Assembly (NCBI GenBank): GCA_043803405.1
Contig: JAZDKB010000048.1
Coordinates: 26,635-90,634, forward strand
DNA from: Spirochaetota bacterium
GTDB taxonomy: Bacteria; Spirochaetota; UBA4802; JAFGDQ01
Direction of reading: 5' to 3'
Length of the DNA stretch: 64,000 bases
Below the pieces are notes generated by a model. It worked only from the letters and a program-made list of their open reading frames with translations. It searched no databases and had not been told where the DNA came from. Of the stretch, positions 39,656-48,791 are shown piece by piece. Numbering within the stretch: the first letter of the stretch is position 1; each line of letters begins with the position of its first letter. The translations under genes were made by a program, and so were the position numbers.

Positions 39656-40699
39656 ATGAAAAAGCAATTTTCATTGTTAATAATAAGTGCTGTTGCGATA
39701 GCAGCTGTCTTTTCCGGATGTGCAGATGATAAAAAAGACGAGCAGACGGTTAGTCATTTATACTCCTCCGGGTATTATTATGATGGTTTCAAAGATGTAC
39801 CATGCTATTGGGTAGATACTACCAGACACAATTTGGCCGGAGATGGAACTCATAATGCACGTGCTTTGTCAACGGTAGAATCAAATGGTTTTGTTTATAC
39901 AGCCGGATTTTATAGCGATGGTTTCAAAGATATACCATGCTATTGGGTAGATACTACCAGACATGATTTATCAGGGGATGGATCTCATAGTGCCTATGCA
40001 TCGTCGATTTCAGTATTAAACAGTACGGTTTATACAGCCGGATATTATAACGATGGATCGAAAGATATACCATGTTACTGGACTAATGCTACCAAACAGG
40101 ATTTACCGGCATACGGTACAAATAACGCAAGGGCATTTTCGATTGTTTTATACAACGGTTCAATTTACACAGCAGGATATTATAACGACGGATCGAAAGA
40201 TATACCGTGTTATTGGATAGATATAAGCAGACAGGATTTACCCGGTGATGGATCTTATAATGCATATGCCGTATCGATAGCAATATCTAACGGTACTGTC
40301 TATTCAGCAGGATATTATTATGACGGTCTCAAAAACAGTCCATGTTATTGGACTGGCACTTCCATGGTGCCGTTAACTGGTGATGGCGCTCATTATGCAG
40401 CTGTCTCATCAATAATAGTATCGAATAGTACTGTATATACAGCCGGGTTTTATAATGACGGAGTCAAATTTAATGCATGTTACTGGGTAAATACAACCAA
40501 ATATGATTTACCCGGTGACGGGATTCGTAGTTTTGCAACATTAATTACAGTGATAGAGGGTATTCTCTACTCTTTCGGATATTATGAAAGCAGCCCAAAA
40601 GCTACTGCCTGTTACTGGGTAGGCACAATTAAACATGATATGCAGAGTGATTCATATGATTCATTTTCTGTTACAGGAGGATTTTCTCTTCAAGAATGA
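39656..40699 (+). CDS. Lipoprotein built of seven ~45-aa repeats (predicted beta-propeller)
   Basis: Lipobox FSGC; seven CYW-containing repeats with a 135-bp DNA period. Confidence 0.85.
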   Translation: MKKQFSLLIISAVAIAAVFSGCADDKKDEQTVSHLYSSGYYYDGFKDVPCYWVDTTRHNLAGDGTHNARALSTVESNGFVYTAGFYSDGFKDIPCYWVDTTRHDLSGDGSHSAYASSISVLNSTVYTAGYYNDGSKDIPCYWTNATKQDLPAYGTNNARAFSIVLYNGSIYTAGYYNDGSKDIPCYWIDISRQDLPGDGSYNAYAVSIAISNGTVYSAGYYYDGLKNSPCYWTGTSMVPLTGDGAHYAAVSSIIVSNSTVYTAGFYNDGVKFNACYWVNTTKYDLPGDGIRSFATLITVIEGILYSFGYYESSPKATACYWVGTIKHDMQSDSYDSFSVTGGFSLQE

Positions 40700-40827
40700 T
40701 AGTCATTTTAGGATATCTTCTCCAATTACAGCTCCTGTCTCAATTTAAATAAGGTGTTTTCTCTCAGTAGTTGATGATTATTTTGATACGTATTTTATTC
40801 GAACAATAAAGAGGATAGTGGATTATC

Positions 40828-41406
40828 ATGAACATTAAGTATAATATTTATCTACAATTGAAACTTTTTATTTTTTCCGTATGCCTGTTGTTATTTGCTG
40901 CTTGCAGTACCACCCAGACAGTCAGATATACGCAGCTTATCGACAAAAAATTCGAGCCAGCTGCAAAAGACGCAGAGATAACAAAATTACCCGCAGAACA
41001 GCTAAGCGCGCAGGGGTATGTCAAGATAGGAGAGATTTACTCTGAGCAGGTAATGAAGGAATGCTACGATTCCGTATTCGGCTCAAAGCTTACGGACTGC
41101 AGCGAGCACACCTTCCCGGAAAATCCAACACAGGCGTTGCAGAAAGAGGCAGCGCAGAAAGGCGGCCATGTTGTGTTGCTGAGCAGGGATAATGACATAA
41201 GCGACCGGGAAGCAACGAAAGAGTCCGGGGTCTGCGAACGGGAACGAACGGAAACGCAGTATGTAAACAGGCCAGTCTCAACAGCGCAGGGGTATAAGGA
41301 CAATTATGTTTATGAAAAAAGAATTATCTGTGATAAGTTTAAGCAGCTCAACGGCATTCAGACTGTAAAGATCAGCTCAGGCAGCGTGTGGAGAAAAAAT
41401 AAGTGA
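40828..41406 (+). CDS. Hypothetical lipoprotein
   Basis: Lipobox FAAC; four further Cys. Confidence 0.75.
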   Translation: MNIKYNIYLQLKLFIFSVCLLLFAACSTTQTVRYTQLIDKKFEPAAKDAEITKLPAEQLSAQGYVKIGEIYSEQVMKECYDSVFGSKLTDCSEHTFPENPTQALQKEAAQKGGHVVLLSRDNDISDREATKESGVCERERTETQYVNRPVSTAQGYKDNYVYEKRIICDKFKQLNGIQTVKISSGSVWRKNK

Positions 41407-41535
41407 GAGACTTAATACGAAAACCAAAATAAATCAATTTCCGCCTAAGCCTATACAGTCGAATCCAAAAGTATACTAATCAAAGCATCAATCCAGTACA
41501 TTCCCGTTTAAGGTATAAAGGCTAAGACTGTTGGG

Positions 41536-42558
41536 TTACCAGTCTGAAATATCATCACCCGCAGTATTATTTGTAAGCCTTATTTGCGCACTCCCGTCTG
41601 CATTTACAATATAGATTTCACCGTTCCCGTCGCGATCAGAGCTAAACGCAATCTTTGATCCATCTGGCGACCAGATCGGATAATGATCACTCGCAGTATT
41701 ATTTGTTAAATTAGTTTGTACGCTCCCATCTGCATTCATAATATAAATTTCCCAGTTCCCATCGCGATAAGAGCTAAACGCAATCTTTGATCCATCCGGC
41801 GACCAGAATGGAGTTTCATCATTCCCTGTGTTGTTTGTTAAATTAGTCTGCACGCTTCCATCAGCATTCATGGAATAGATTTCATAGTTCCCGTCGCGTA
41901 AAGACTCAAAGATTATTTTAGATCCGTCTGGCGACCAGTTCGGATAATAGTCATTAGCAGTATTATTTGTAAGTCTGGTTTGTGCGCTCCCGTCAACATT
42001 CATGGAGTAGATTTCAGTGTTCCCGTCGCGTTCGGATAAAAACGCAATCTTAGATCCGTCTGGCGACCATACTGGAAAATAATCGGAAGAAAAATTGTTT
42101 GTTAAATTAGCCTGTGTACTTCCGTCAGCATTCATGGAGTAGATTTCAGTGTTTCCGTCGCGATCAGATACAAAAGCAATCTTAGATCCATCTGGCGACC
42201 ATGCTGGATAATAATCGGAAGCAGAGTTGTTTGTTATATTAGCCTGTATACTTCCATCAGCATTCATGATATAGATTTCATTGTTTCCATCGCGAAAAGA
42301 CCTAAATGCTATCTTAGATCCATCTGGCGACCAAACTGGAGTGTCATCATATGCAGTGTTATTTGTTAAATTAGTCTGCTCGCTTCCATCAGCATTCATG
42401 GAATAGATTTCATTATTTCCGTCGCGATCAGATGCTAATAGAATTTTCCTTGGGCCAGTATTTTTTTTAATGCCATCTAACGCGTCAAACAGTGCATTGC
42501 TGCATCCCGCAACCATCACCAGCGTAGTTATTATAAATATTGTTATCCCCCGTTTCAT
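41536..42558 (-). CDS. TolB-like (PD40) beta-propeller lipoprotein
   Basis: Start chosen at 42558 after AGGAGG; lipobox VAGC; seven 44-aa repeats RDGNxEIYxMNADGS...WSPDGSKI. Confidence 0.9.
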   Translation of the reverse strand: MKRGITIFIITTLVMVAGCSNALFDALDGIKKNTGPRKILLASDRDGNNEIYSMNADGSEQTNLTNNTAYDDTPVWSPDGSKIAFRSFRDGNNEIYIMNADGSIQANITNNSASDYYPAWSPDGSKIAFVSDRDGNTEIYSMNADGSTQANLTNNFSSDYFPVWSPDGSKIAFLSERDGNTEIYSMNVDGSAQTRLTNNTANDYYPNWSPDGSKIIFESLRDGNYEIYSMNADGSVQTNLTNNTGNDETPFWSPDGSKIAFSSYRDGNWEIYIMNADGSVQTNLTNNTASDHYPIWSPDGSKIAFSSDRDGNGEIYIVNADGSAQIRLTNNTAGDDISDW

Positions 42559-42618
42559 TTGATCCTCCTTCCAGTCCGGTATCAATGGAAATACGTCTTT
42601 TAATTACAGAAATCAATC

Positions 42619-44034
42619 CTAAAATAAAATCTCCGCTCCCGCGAAAGCTGTGAAATAATTCATTCTCCCGTCTTTCTCAAATATTGTAGTATATTCCAGA
42701 CCTACGTTTATAATCACTGACTTAGCGATATCCGCGTGAAGCGTCAATCCGCCTACTGCAATAGGATCAAATCCTGTATCTTCCATGCTGTAAATTTTTC
42801 CAGCAATATAACTATCTCTGGATTTATAAGCAATCTTGCTGTAGCTGTATCCCAGCCCGACCACCGGTACTGCTGAGAAGAAGCTGAACAGCGGCAGACG
42901 TATGCCTGCCTTTGCAGTAATCGGCACCATGAACAGGCTGTCCACCTGGTCATTCGCGCTAGTAAAAGTAAAATAGCCGGATTCCAGGCTAAACATTAGC
43001 CAGTGAACAGGCATGCCTCTGTAACCAAGAGCAATGAGCCCTCCATATCCCCAGTCTGCCAGTTCCTTTAAATCGCCCATCGGGAAAATGTATGCTGCCT
43101 TTGCCGAAATCGTAAAGCCGAATTTCCCTGTATTTATTTTTCTGCTGTCTCCGGATTCATCCCCTTTGTCGTCAACCGAGCGTATCATAAAATAATGCGT
43201 TTCATTCGGGTCAAGGCCAACGGCCGTGTACTTCGTTGTGCTTGCAGAGCCGATTTTTTTGTAAGCGCCGCCGCTCTCTTTATAGATGTTGTAGCCGGTC
43301 ACTTTGCCGTCCGGGTCGGCGCATGCGTCCCATGAAATATCTGCCGAAGCCGATTTCCCGTCAGGTGAAAGGATTTTCGTTACGCTGACGCTTCCTGGAG
43401 TTTCCGGGCGTATGTTCTTTGTGAGGAGTTCAATCTCGTTCGAGGGAAGCGATTCAGTCCCCATATTGTCCAGAGCTGTAACCTTTAAGCGATAGAGGGT
43501 GTTGCTCTTCAGATTCTTAACCGTAATAGAAGTATTCTTTGTTTTTTCGGCAACACGATAGTCTTTATCTGGCGATTTCAAGTACACATTGTATTCATCC
43601 GGGGGCAGAAAAGGCGCGACCCACTTCAGGTCAGCGCTGTCAGTGGCTGCCTTTCCTGAAAGCTCATTCGGGTTTGTGCGCGCGAGAAAAAGCACCTTTT
43701 CCCTTGGTATGGTGAATTCTTTAGGCTCATACAGCTTTTCCCTGAAAGTGTATGTGTCCTGATTCTCGTCCACCCTGTAGCCTTCCTTCACTGAGCCGTC
43801 TGTAAGGCGGATGAATACCTTTCCCATGTAGAGATTGGTATAGATGATACGCATAATATTCCTGCGGTCGATGCGGTGCATTAAGCCTGCTTCATCTTTC
43901 AGCAGTATTACCTTTGCTTCGTCGTTCTGTATAATGCCTTTAATGATGGATCCGTCTTTCTTGAAAACAAATTCCGTCCTTGCCGCGACAGGAATGCAGA
44001 TAATGATTAAGAGTATTAATTTGCCGATTCTCAT
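42619..44034 (-). CDS. Exported protein with two small N-terminal beta domains, two fibronectin type III domains and a C-terminal OM beta-barrel
   Basis: LKSNTLYRLKVTA...GTES and LDPNETHYFMIRSVD...GDES (FN3); barrel strands ending AGAEILF. Confidence 0.82.
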   Translation of the reverse strand: MRIGKLILLIIICIPVAARTEFVFKKDGSIIKGIIQNDEAKVILLKDEAGLMHRIDRRNIMRIIYTNLYMGKVFIRLTDGSVKEGYRVDENQDTYTFREKLYEPKEFTIPREKVLFLARTNPNELSGKAATDSADLKWVAPFLPPDEYNVYLKSPDKDYRVAEKTKNTSITVKNLKSNTLYRLKVTALDNMGTESLPSNEIELLTKNIRPETPGSVSVTKILSPDGKSASADISWDACADPDGKVTGYNIYKESGGAYKKIGSASTTKYTAVGLDPNETHYFMIRSVDDKGDESGDSRKINTGKFGFTISAKAAYIFPMGDLKELADWGYGGLIALGYRGMPVHWLMFSLESGYFTFTSANDQVDSLFMVPITAKAGIRLPLFSFFSAVPVVGLGYSYSKIAYKSRDSYIAGKIYSMEDTGFDPIAVGGLTLHADIAKSVIINVGLEYTTIFEKDGRMNYFTAFAGAEILF

Positions 44035-44098
44035 TGATAGTCTCCTCTATGCTGCCGACATTCCTTCTTTTATAACGGATAAAAATCCGAATGTTTAA

Positions 44099-44995
44099 TT
44101 ATTTCTCCTTAGTGTAATTGATGTCGGTCTTCGGAATGACCACTTCACCTTTCGGGGTCAGAATTGTGTAATCTTTTCCCCGTTTCGTGATGACCCCAAT
44201 AACTATTTTCCCGCTATAGAGTGTAACTTCGTCTATCCTTCCATATTTTGCTCTTAACTGGCCAAGTGTCATTAACCCTTCATCTTTTTTTTCTTTTTCG
44301 GTTTCGGCTGTATTTTTAAAATATTTTTCACCGTATTCAATGATTTCCTTCTCGGTCTTTGTTCCAATTCCCTGTAGCGGAGGCACATCCGCGATCTGTT
44401 TAAGTTCCTCTGCTTCCGGATCCTTAATAGGCTCAGTGCTGATGCCGGAGTCAACAACTGCCCGCAGTCCGTCGGATAACGCTTTTTCTTCTTTCCGCGC
44501 GCCCTGTATGCTCACCTGAACATTCCCTCTGTATACTGCTACTACGCTTTGGTTCCGGTAATGGCTTACGCTGAATTCAGTGCCTCTTACTGCGGCAATA
44601 GTTGTAGGTGTTTTTATCCGATATCTTTCATCTTTGGCAAGTTTATGCACTGCTGAGAGTACTTTTCCTTCGCTGATAGAAAGCTCAGTCAAAGATGCGT
44701 CAAAAAGCGAAGTGATCTCAATAGAGCTTTTCTCCTGAACACGTATCAGGATAGATTCGCCGTATTGAATAATGACAAAGGAGTTCTCCCCTGTCTTTAG
44801 CAAGTCCTTTTTGTTCAATATTTGTTTAATATAAACAGGAGACTGAGTCCTGTTCTCTGATTTAAAAGTAGCATCTCCCATTTTAAAAACAATCCTCATC
44901 TGCTTATCTACAGTCTTCTGGCATGTGATGAATATTGTTATGGTTGCTAAAGCTAAAAGAATATAAAGACAAATGGAAAACCCCGATCTTCTCAT
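44099..44995 (-). CDS. FecR-domain protein, LipL45-like
   Basis: Start chosen at MRRSGF (44995); LKTGENS, IKTPTTIAAVRGTEF and VAVYRGNV; N-terminal anchor, possible lipobox FITC. Confidence 0.85.
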   Translation of the reverse strand: MRRSGFSICLYILLALATITIFITCQKTVDKQMRIVFKMGDATFKSENRTQSPVYIKQILNKKDLLKTGENSFVIIQYGESILIRVQEKSSIEITSLFDASLTELSISEGKVLSAVHKLAKDERYRIKTPTTIAAVRGTEFSVSHYRNQSVVAVYRGNVQVSIQGARKEEKALSDGLRAVVDSGISTEPIKDPEAEELKQIADVPPLQGIGTKTEKEIIEYGEKYFKNTAETEKEKKDEGLMTLGQLRAKYGRIDEVTLYSGKIVIGVITKRGKDYTILTPKGEVVIPKTDINYTKEK

Positions 44996-45018
44996 TGTTT
45001 TTGCCTCGTTTAATAATA

Positions 45019-45098
45019 GACTTGTTGCAAAAGTAGAAATAATTGGAATATCCCCTGCAGCAGGCTGGGGAGAATCCAATTATTGTTCGAGACACGCC
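45019..45098. repeat. Palindromic element in the divergent FecR/LuxR intergenic region
   Basis: AATAATTGGA (45038-45047) and TCCAATTATT (45075-45084) enclose TCCCC...GGGGA. Confidence 0.65.
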
Positions 45099-45205
45099 AT
45101 AACTCTAATGAATTAAATTTAAGTATTAAATATTTTCTTGGCAAGAAAAATTTGAATTTTAAAATTTTATTGACTATTTCGATTTTCTTTTTATATTCTT
45201 TTTCT

Positions 45206-46441
45206 ATGAATTCATTCGCATTGATAACAGCTTCTTTCACTACCATAACATTAATCATCAGTATTTATATTTTATATTTAAATCCTAAAAAATTTCTTCA
45301 TATACTGTTCTTTTCAATGATGATATTGATTTCATTCTGGAATTTTGTCGCGATCAGAGTTTTAATTGCCGAAAACAAAGAAACAATAATGTTCTGGTAT
45401 AGAGTTGCTTCCCCTTCGTTATTGTTTGTCCCCATTACCCTGCATATTGTAATGCTGATCGTAAATCTGAATAAAAAATTGCGGATGGTTCTGGCATCAA
45501 TAATATATCTATGTTATTTATTTTTTATTTATCAGCATTTTAATTTTAATTTGATTTATAAAGACTTCGTACAAACCGGAGGTGTCTGGAGTTTTATCAG
45601 GGTTGATGCCTGCTTTGTTTCTGTTCTATATACTTTTTCATTTTTTGTCATATTATTTTTCGCTATGCTTCTATTGATAAACCGGTACAGAAAAATTACT
45701 TTTCTGAGAGAAAAAAAGCAGGCGCTGGTTTTGTTCTCTTCAATAGGATTATTATTTATTATTCTATTAGTGGATTTTATCAGCAGCAGGTTTTTCCCTG
45801 ATATTGATTTCGGCATATCCGCGCATTATATTTTTATCTGGCCGATCGGCATAGGGATCGCCATCGTAAAGTATGGATTTTTAACGTATTCAACCAAATT
45901 GTTTGCAGACGATGTATTTGAAAATATTGAAGAATCCGTACTGGTGCTGGATTGTAATAAAAAGATAATTATTGCGAATTCCAATGCAAAGAAAATGATT
46001 TCCGAAAACATTACAGGTTCCGAATTAAGCAAATATATTTTAGAATACAATGAAATAAATGAGAAAATAGATAATTTGCTTAAAGGCCAAATAAATTATT
46101 TTAAGGAAAATATAACCAGTAAAAAAGATGATAAATCGAAGCTGATAATTCAGGCAAGGTTTTCCGTGATTAAAGACAAGTATAATGACAGGATCGGCGT
46201 GCTTATAATCGGGCAGGAGCTAAAAGGTTTAAAGGAGTTTGCTACTGAATATAAAATCAGCGGAAGGGAATGGGAAGTTATTCGATCAGTAACAACCGGT
46301 CTTTCCAACCGGGAAATTGCTGAAAAATTAGACATAACCGAAACAACAATAAAATCGCATATAATGCATATTTACGATAAACTCGATATTAAAAACAAAG
46401 TCGAGCTTATAAATATTTTAAAAAGATACGGCCTGGCTTAA
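45206..46441 (+). CDS. Membrane-anchored LuxR-family regulator (about 7 TM sensor, PAS domain, LuxR HTH)
   Basis: About seven hydrophobic segments, VFENIEESVLVLD (PAS), ISGREWEVI...GLSNREIAEKLDITETTIKSHIMHIYDKL (LuxR HTH); ATG 45206 preferred over the track TTG. Confidence 0.9.
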   Translation: MNSFALITASFTTITLIISIYILYLNPKKFLHILFFSMMILISFWNFVAIRVLIAENKETIMFWYRVASPSLLFVPITLHIVMLIVNLNKKLRMVLASIIYLCYLFFIYQHFNFNLIYKDFVQTGGVWSFIRVDACFVSVLYTFSFFVILFFAMLLLINRYRKITFLREKKQALVLFSSIGLLFIILLVDFISSRFFPDIDFGISAHYIFIWPIGIGIAIVKYGFLTYSTKLFADDVFENIEESVLVLDCNKKIIIANSNAKKMISENITGSELSKYILEYNEINEKIDNLLKGQINYFKENITSKKDDKSKLIIQARFSVIKDKYNDRIGVLIIGQELKGLKEFATEYKISGREWEVIRSVTTGLSNREIAEKLDITETTIKSHIMHIYDKLDIKNKVELINILKRYGLA

Positions 46442-46524
46442 AACCTATTTCAATAGTTATTTCATTTATTATCCAGCCGGATTAATAGGAATACTATTTG
46501 ATATCAATTTAGAATAGGTTTTAA
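46438..46524. repeat. Nested hairpin right after the LuxR gene (terminator or insulator-like)
   Basis: TTAAAACCTATT / AATAGGTTTTAA outer arms; inner ATCC-AGCC-GGAT. Confidence 0.6.
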
Positions 46525-46602
46525 TTGAGCAATTATCCTTCTTAGCAGTATTACCTGCCGAATTAATTATCCATAATAATTTCCCTTCAAAACTTATAAA
46601 AA

Positions 46603-46689
46603 TCATACTTTAGTATGATGAAAATCAGCAAAAATATTAAGTTTCTCATACTTCCGGCTGATGACGTGCAGTATAGAGAAATATAAATT
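46603..46689 (+). promoter_or_regulatory. Activator-type promoter, copy 2: two NarL/LuxR-like boxes plus -35/-10
   Basis: TCATACT-TT-AGTATGA (46603-46618), TCATACTTCCGGCTGA (46646-46661), ATGACG-N17-TAAATT; same spacing as copy 1. Confidence 0.85.
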
Positions 46690-46750
46690 ATAAAGGAATT
46701 TAAAGAGTAAACCAGATATGGCTGGAAGTTATAATAATTATGGAGGAAAT

Positions 46751-47326
46751 ATGAAAAGACGAATTTTATTAGCAGTATTTACGGTTTTTTTTCTTTCAGT
46801 AATTTTTACAGGATGCTTCAGCAGTGAAAGCGAGGAAGAATCCGGATCGAAAAATGTGACAACCCAGAATGATGCAGATATTGTCGCTCTCGGCATCAGG
46901 ACCCAATTGCTCAACGCTGCTCCTCATTACGCGACCGGCACCACTACATGGAATGATACTGTAGAACATGGGAGTGTAAGCGGTACGGCAACTATTAGCG
47001 GTTCTTTCACTAAAACTTCTTCAGGTTATCCGGATTATGTTACTACATATAAATATAATAACGTATCGATAATACTGAATAATTTTTGCGATGATGATTT
47101 CTACCCGGCTTTAACAGGCAGCGCGCTTATTTACGGGACAGCTATGGTAGATTCAAGTTATTCTGGAAATGTTTATTCCGGATACTGGTACATTACAGGG
47201 TCAGCAGAAATGTCCGGAGCATATACAGGTACTATGAGTTTTAACTTATATATTTATAAAACAGGCTCTGATCATTCAGGTACAATTGTCGTAGAAGGCA
47301 AAAGCTGGTCGGTTTCGGATATGTAG
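46751..47326 (+). CDS. Ser/Thr/Gly/Tyr-rich beta-strand lipoprotein
   Basis: Start chosen at ATG 46751 after GGAGG; lipobox FTGC. Confidence 0.8.
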   Translation: MKRRILLAVFTVFFLSVIFTGCFSSESEEESGSKNVTTQNDADIVALGIRTQLLNAAPHYATGTTTWNDTVEHGSVSGTATISGSFTKTSSGYPDYVTTYKYNNVSIILNNFCDDDFYPALTGSALIYGTAMVDSSYSGNVYSGYWYITGSAEMSGAYTGTMSFNLYIYKTGSDHSGTIVVEGKSWSVSDM

Positions 47327-47431
47327 TAATTTTTTATAGTGACAAAGTCTTATAAAAAAGTATTTTCTTTTTATTAAATAACAAATAAAATAGGCAGATA
47401 TTATATAAAACACATAAGGAGATAAAATTAT

Positions 47432-47992
47432 ATGCAAAAGAAAAACTTATTATGCTTCGCAATCTTTGCTGCAGCAATTATTTTAACAGGCTGCGCATCC
47501 GCATTTTCAATCGTCAAGGAGAATCCTTCATCACCTAAACTCAGCGGGTATCAATCAATTTATATTGGCTGGCTCGATTTGCGTGAAGACGACTGGAAGC
47601 TTTACGGTTATGATTCAAAAAACACGTGGGCAACTGAAATAAAAAGGCATAATATTAACGGCCTGCAGGAGTATATAAAACTGGAATTGCCCGGCAAAAC
47701 AATTATCGGATCGACAGCTAAATCGGATGCTTATTTAGGAAAAGGCGATCTATTCCTGAAATTCAAATATAATAAAATTAACCAGAACTATAACGGCTGG
47801 GGAGCAGTGGATGAGCTTTTAGTTGATGTGGATTTTATCGAAGGGAAAACAGGAAAGACTTTATATACAGCTTCAATAGTAACAACGCAGGCTGCTGCTT
47901 TCCCTCGCAACTGGAAGGGAGCTACGTTCGACGGCAGAGTTGATAATGAGATATATAATTTATCGTGGGGCATTGCAGAAAAGCTGAAGTAA
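47432..47992 (+). CDS. Hypothetical lipoprotein
   Basis: AAGGAG RBS; lipobox LTGC. Confidence 0.8.
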   Translation: MQKKNLLCFAIFAAAIILTGCASAFSIVKENPSSPKLSGYQSIYIGWLDLREDDWKLYGYDSKNTWATEIKRHNINGLQEYIKLELPGKTIIGSTAKSDAYLGKGDLFLKFKYNKINQNYNGWGAVDELLVDVDFIEGKTGKTLYTASIVTTQAAAFPRNWKGATFDGRVDNEIYNLSWGIAEKLK

Positions 47993-48092
47993 CCATATAC
48001 ATCTGCAATATATAATTGACAGAATCGAAATTATTTTTTTATAAATCAAGATAATTATAATTTTATCATACTTTTTAAACCGGAGGATATTT

Positions 48093-48743
48093 ATGTTCTG
48101 TAATATTCGATTTATTCAAAAGATTTGTTTTATCGGTTTAATATTGATCGCTTTTACAACAATTAGTCCTGCCGCACCCGCAGATAAATCAAATGCAATG
48201 GGTTCGGGCGAAGTCGTTTTTCATCCTGTTGGCTTTTTTCAGTTCGGACCGATGGTCGACATAGGTCCAAGAATAGGTACATCTACTTTTCTGGATGCTC
48301 ATATAAGATGGTCATACGCAGGTCTTGTATACCAGGCAATCGAAACAGACGGATTTGAAAATGAAGCAGACCCCAACGGTTTTGGAGTAGGCCTAAAACT
48401 TACACATTTTTTTGTTTCTTCAGGTACTCCTCACGGCATGTATATAGGCGGTTTGTTCGAATATACATGGGGCGGTTCAAAATATACTGATGATGAAGAT
48501 TCCAGCTACAACTGGGAACGTAAATGGAAGGGATATGATGTTATGTTCAATATTGGCTACCGCTGGCGTTTCCCTTCAGGCTTCTTTATGCAGCTAGGTG
48601 GATTTGCCGGATTCCATAACCAGTACAAAGCCGAATGGGAGTATACAAACAGACCTTCAGATAAAAGCACGCATGAAGATCCGGAAGGTGTCAGACTGAT
48701 TGCAATGATAGAGTTCTCGATCGGCACTGAATTCGGCAAGTAA
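48093..48743 (+). CDS. Outer-membrane beta-barrel protein (DUF3575-like)
   Basis: GGAGG RBS; signal peptide; HGMYIGG, NIGYRWRF, GFFMQLG and IGTEF. Confidence 0.75.
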   Translation: MFCNIRFIQKICFIGLILIAFTTISPAAPADKSNAMGSGEVVFHPVGFFQFGPMVDIGPRIGTSTFLDAHIRWSYAGLVYQAIETDGFENEADPNGFGVGLKLTHFFVSSGTPHGMYIGGLFEYTWGGSKYTDDEDSSYNWERKWKGYDVMFNIGYRWRFPSGFFMQLGGFAGFHNQYKAEWEYTNRPSDKSTHEDPEGVRLIAMIEFSIGTEFGK

Positions 48744-48791
48744 TAAATAATACCTCACAGCATGCGATAGCTCGCATTTTACAAATTTAAA

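Noticed and set aside
37580..41535. Complete diversity-generating retroelement around the FGE-domain gene
   Set aside because: No reverse transcriptase, accessory gene or template repeat seen in the flanking DNA
39656..42558. Periodic 135-bp and 132-bp DNA repeats as a CRISPR array
   Set aside because: The repeats are in-frame coding units of propeller proteins; there is no repeat-spacer pattern and no cas gene
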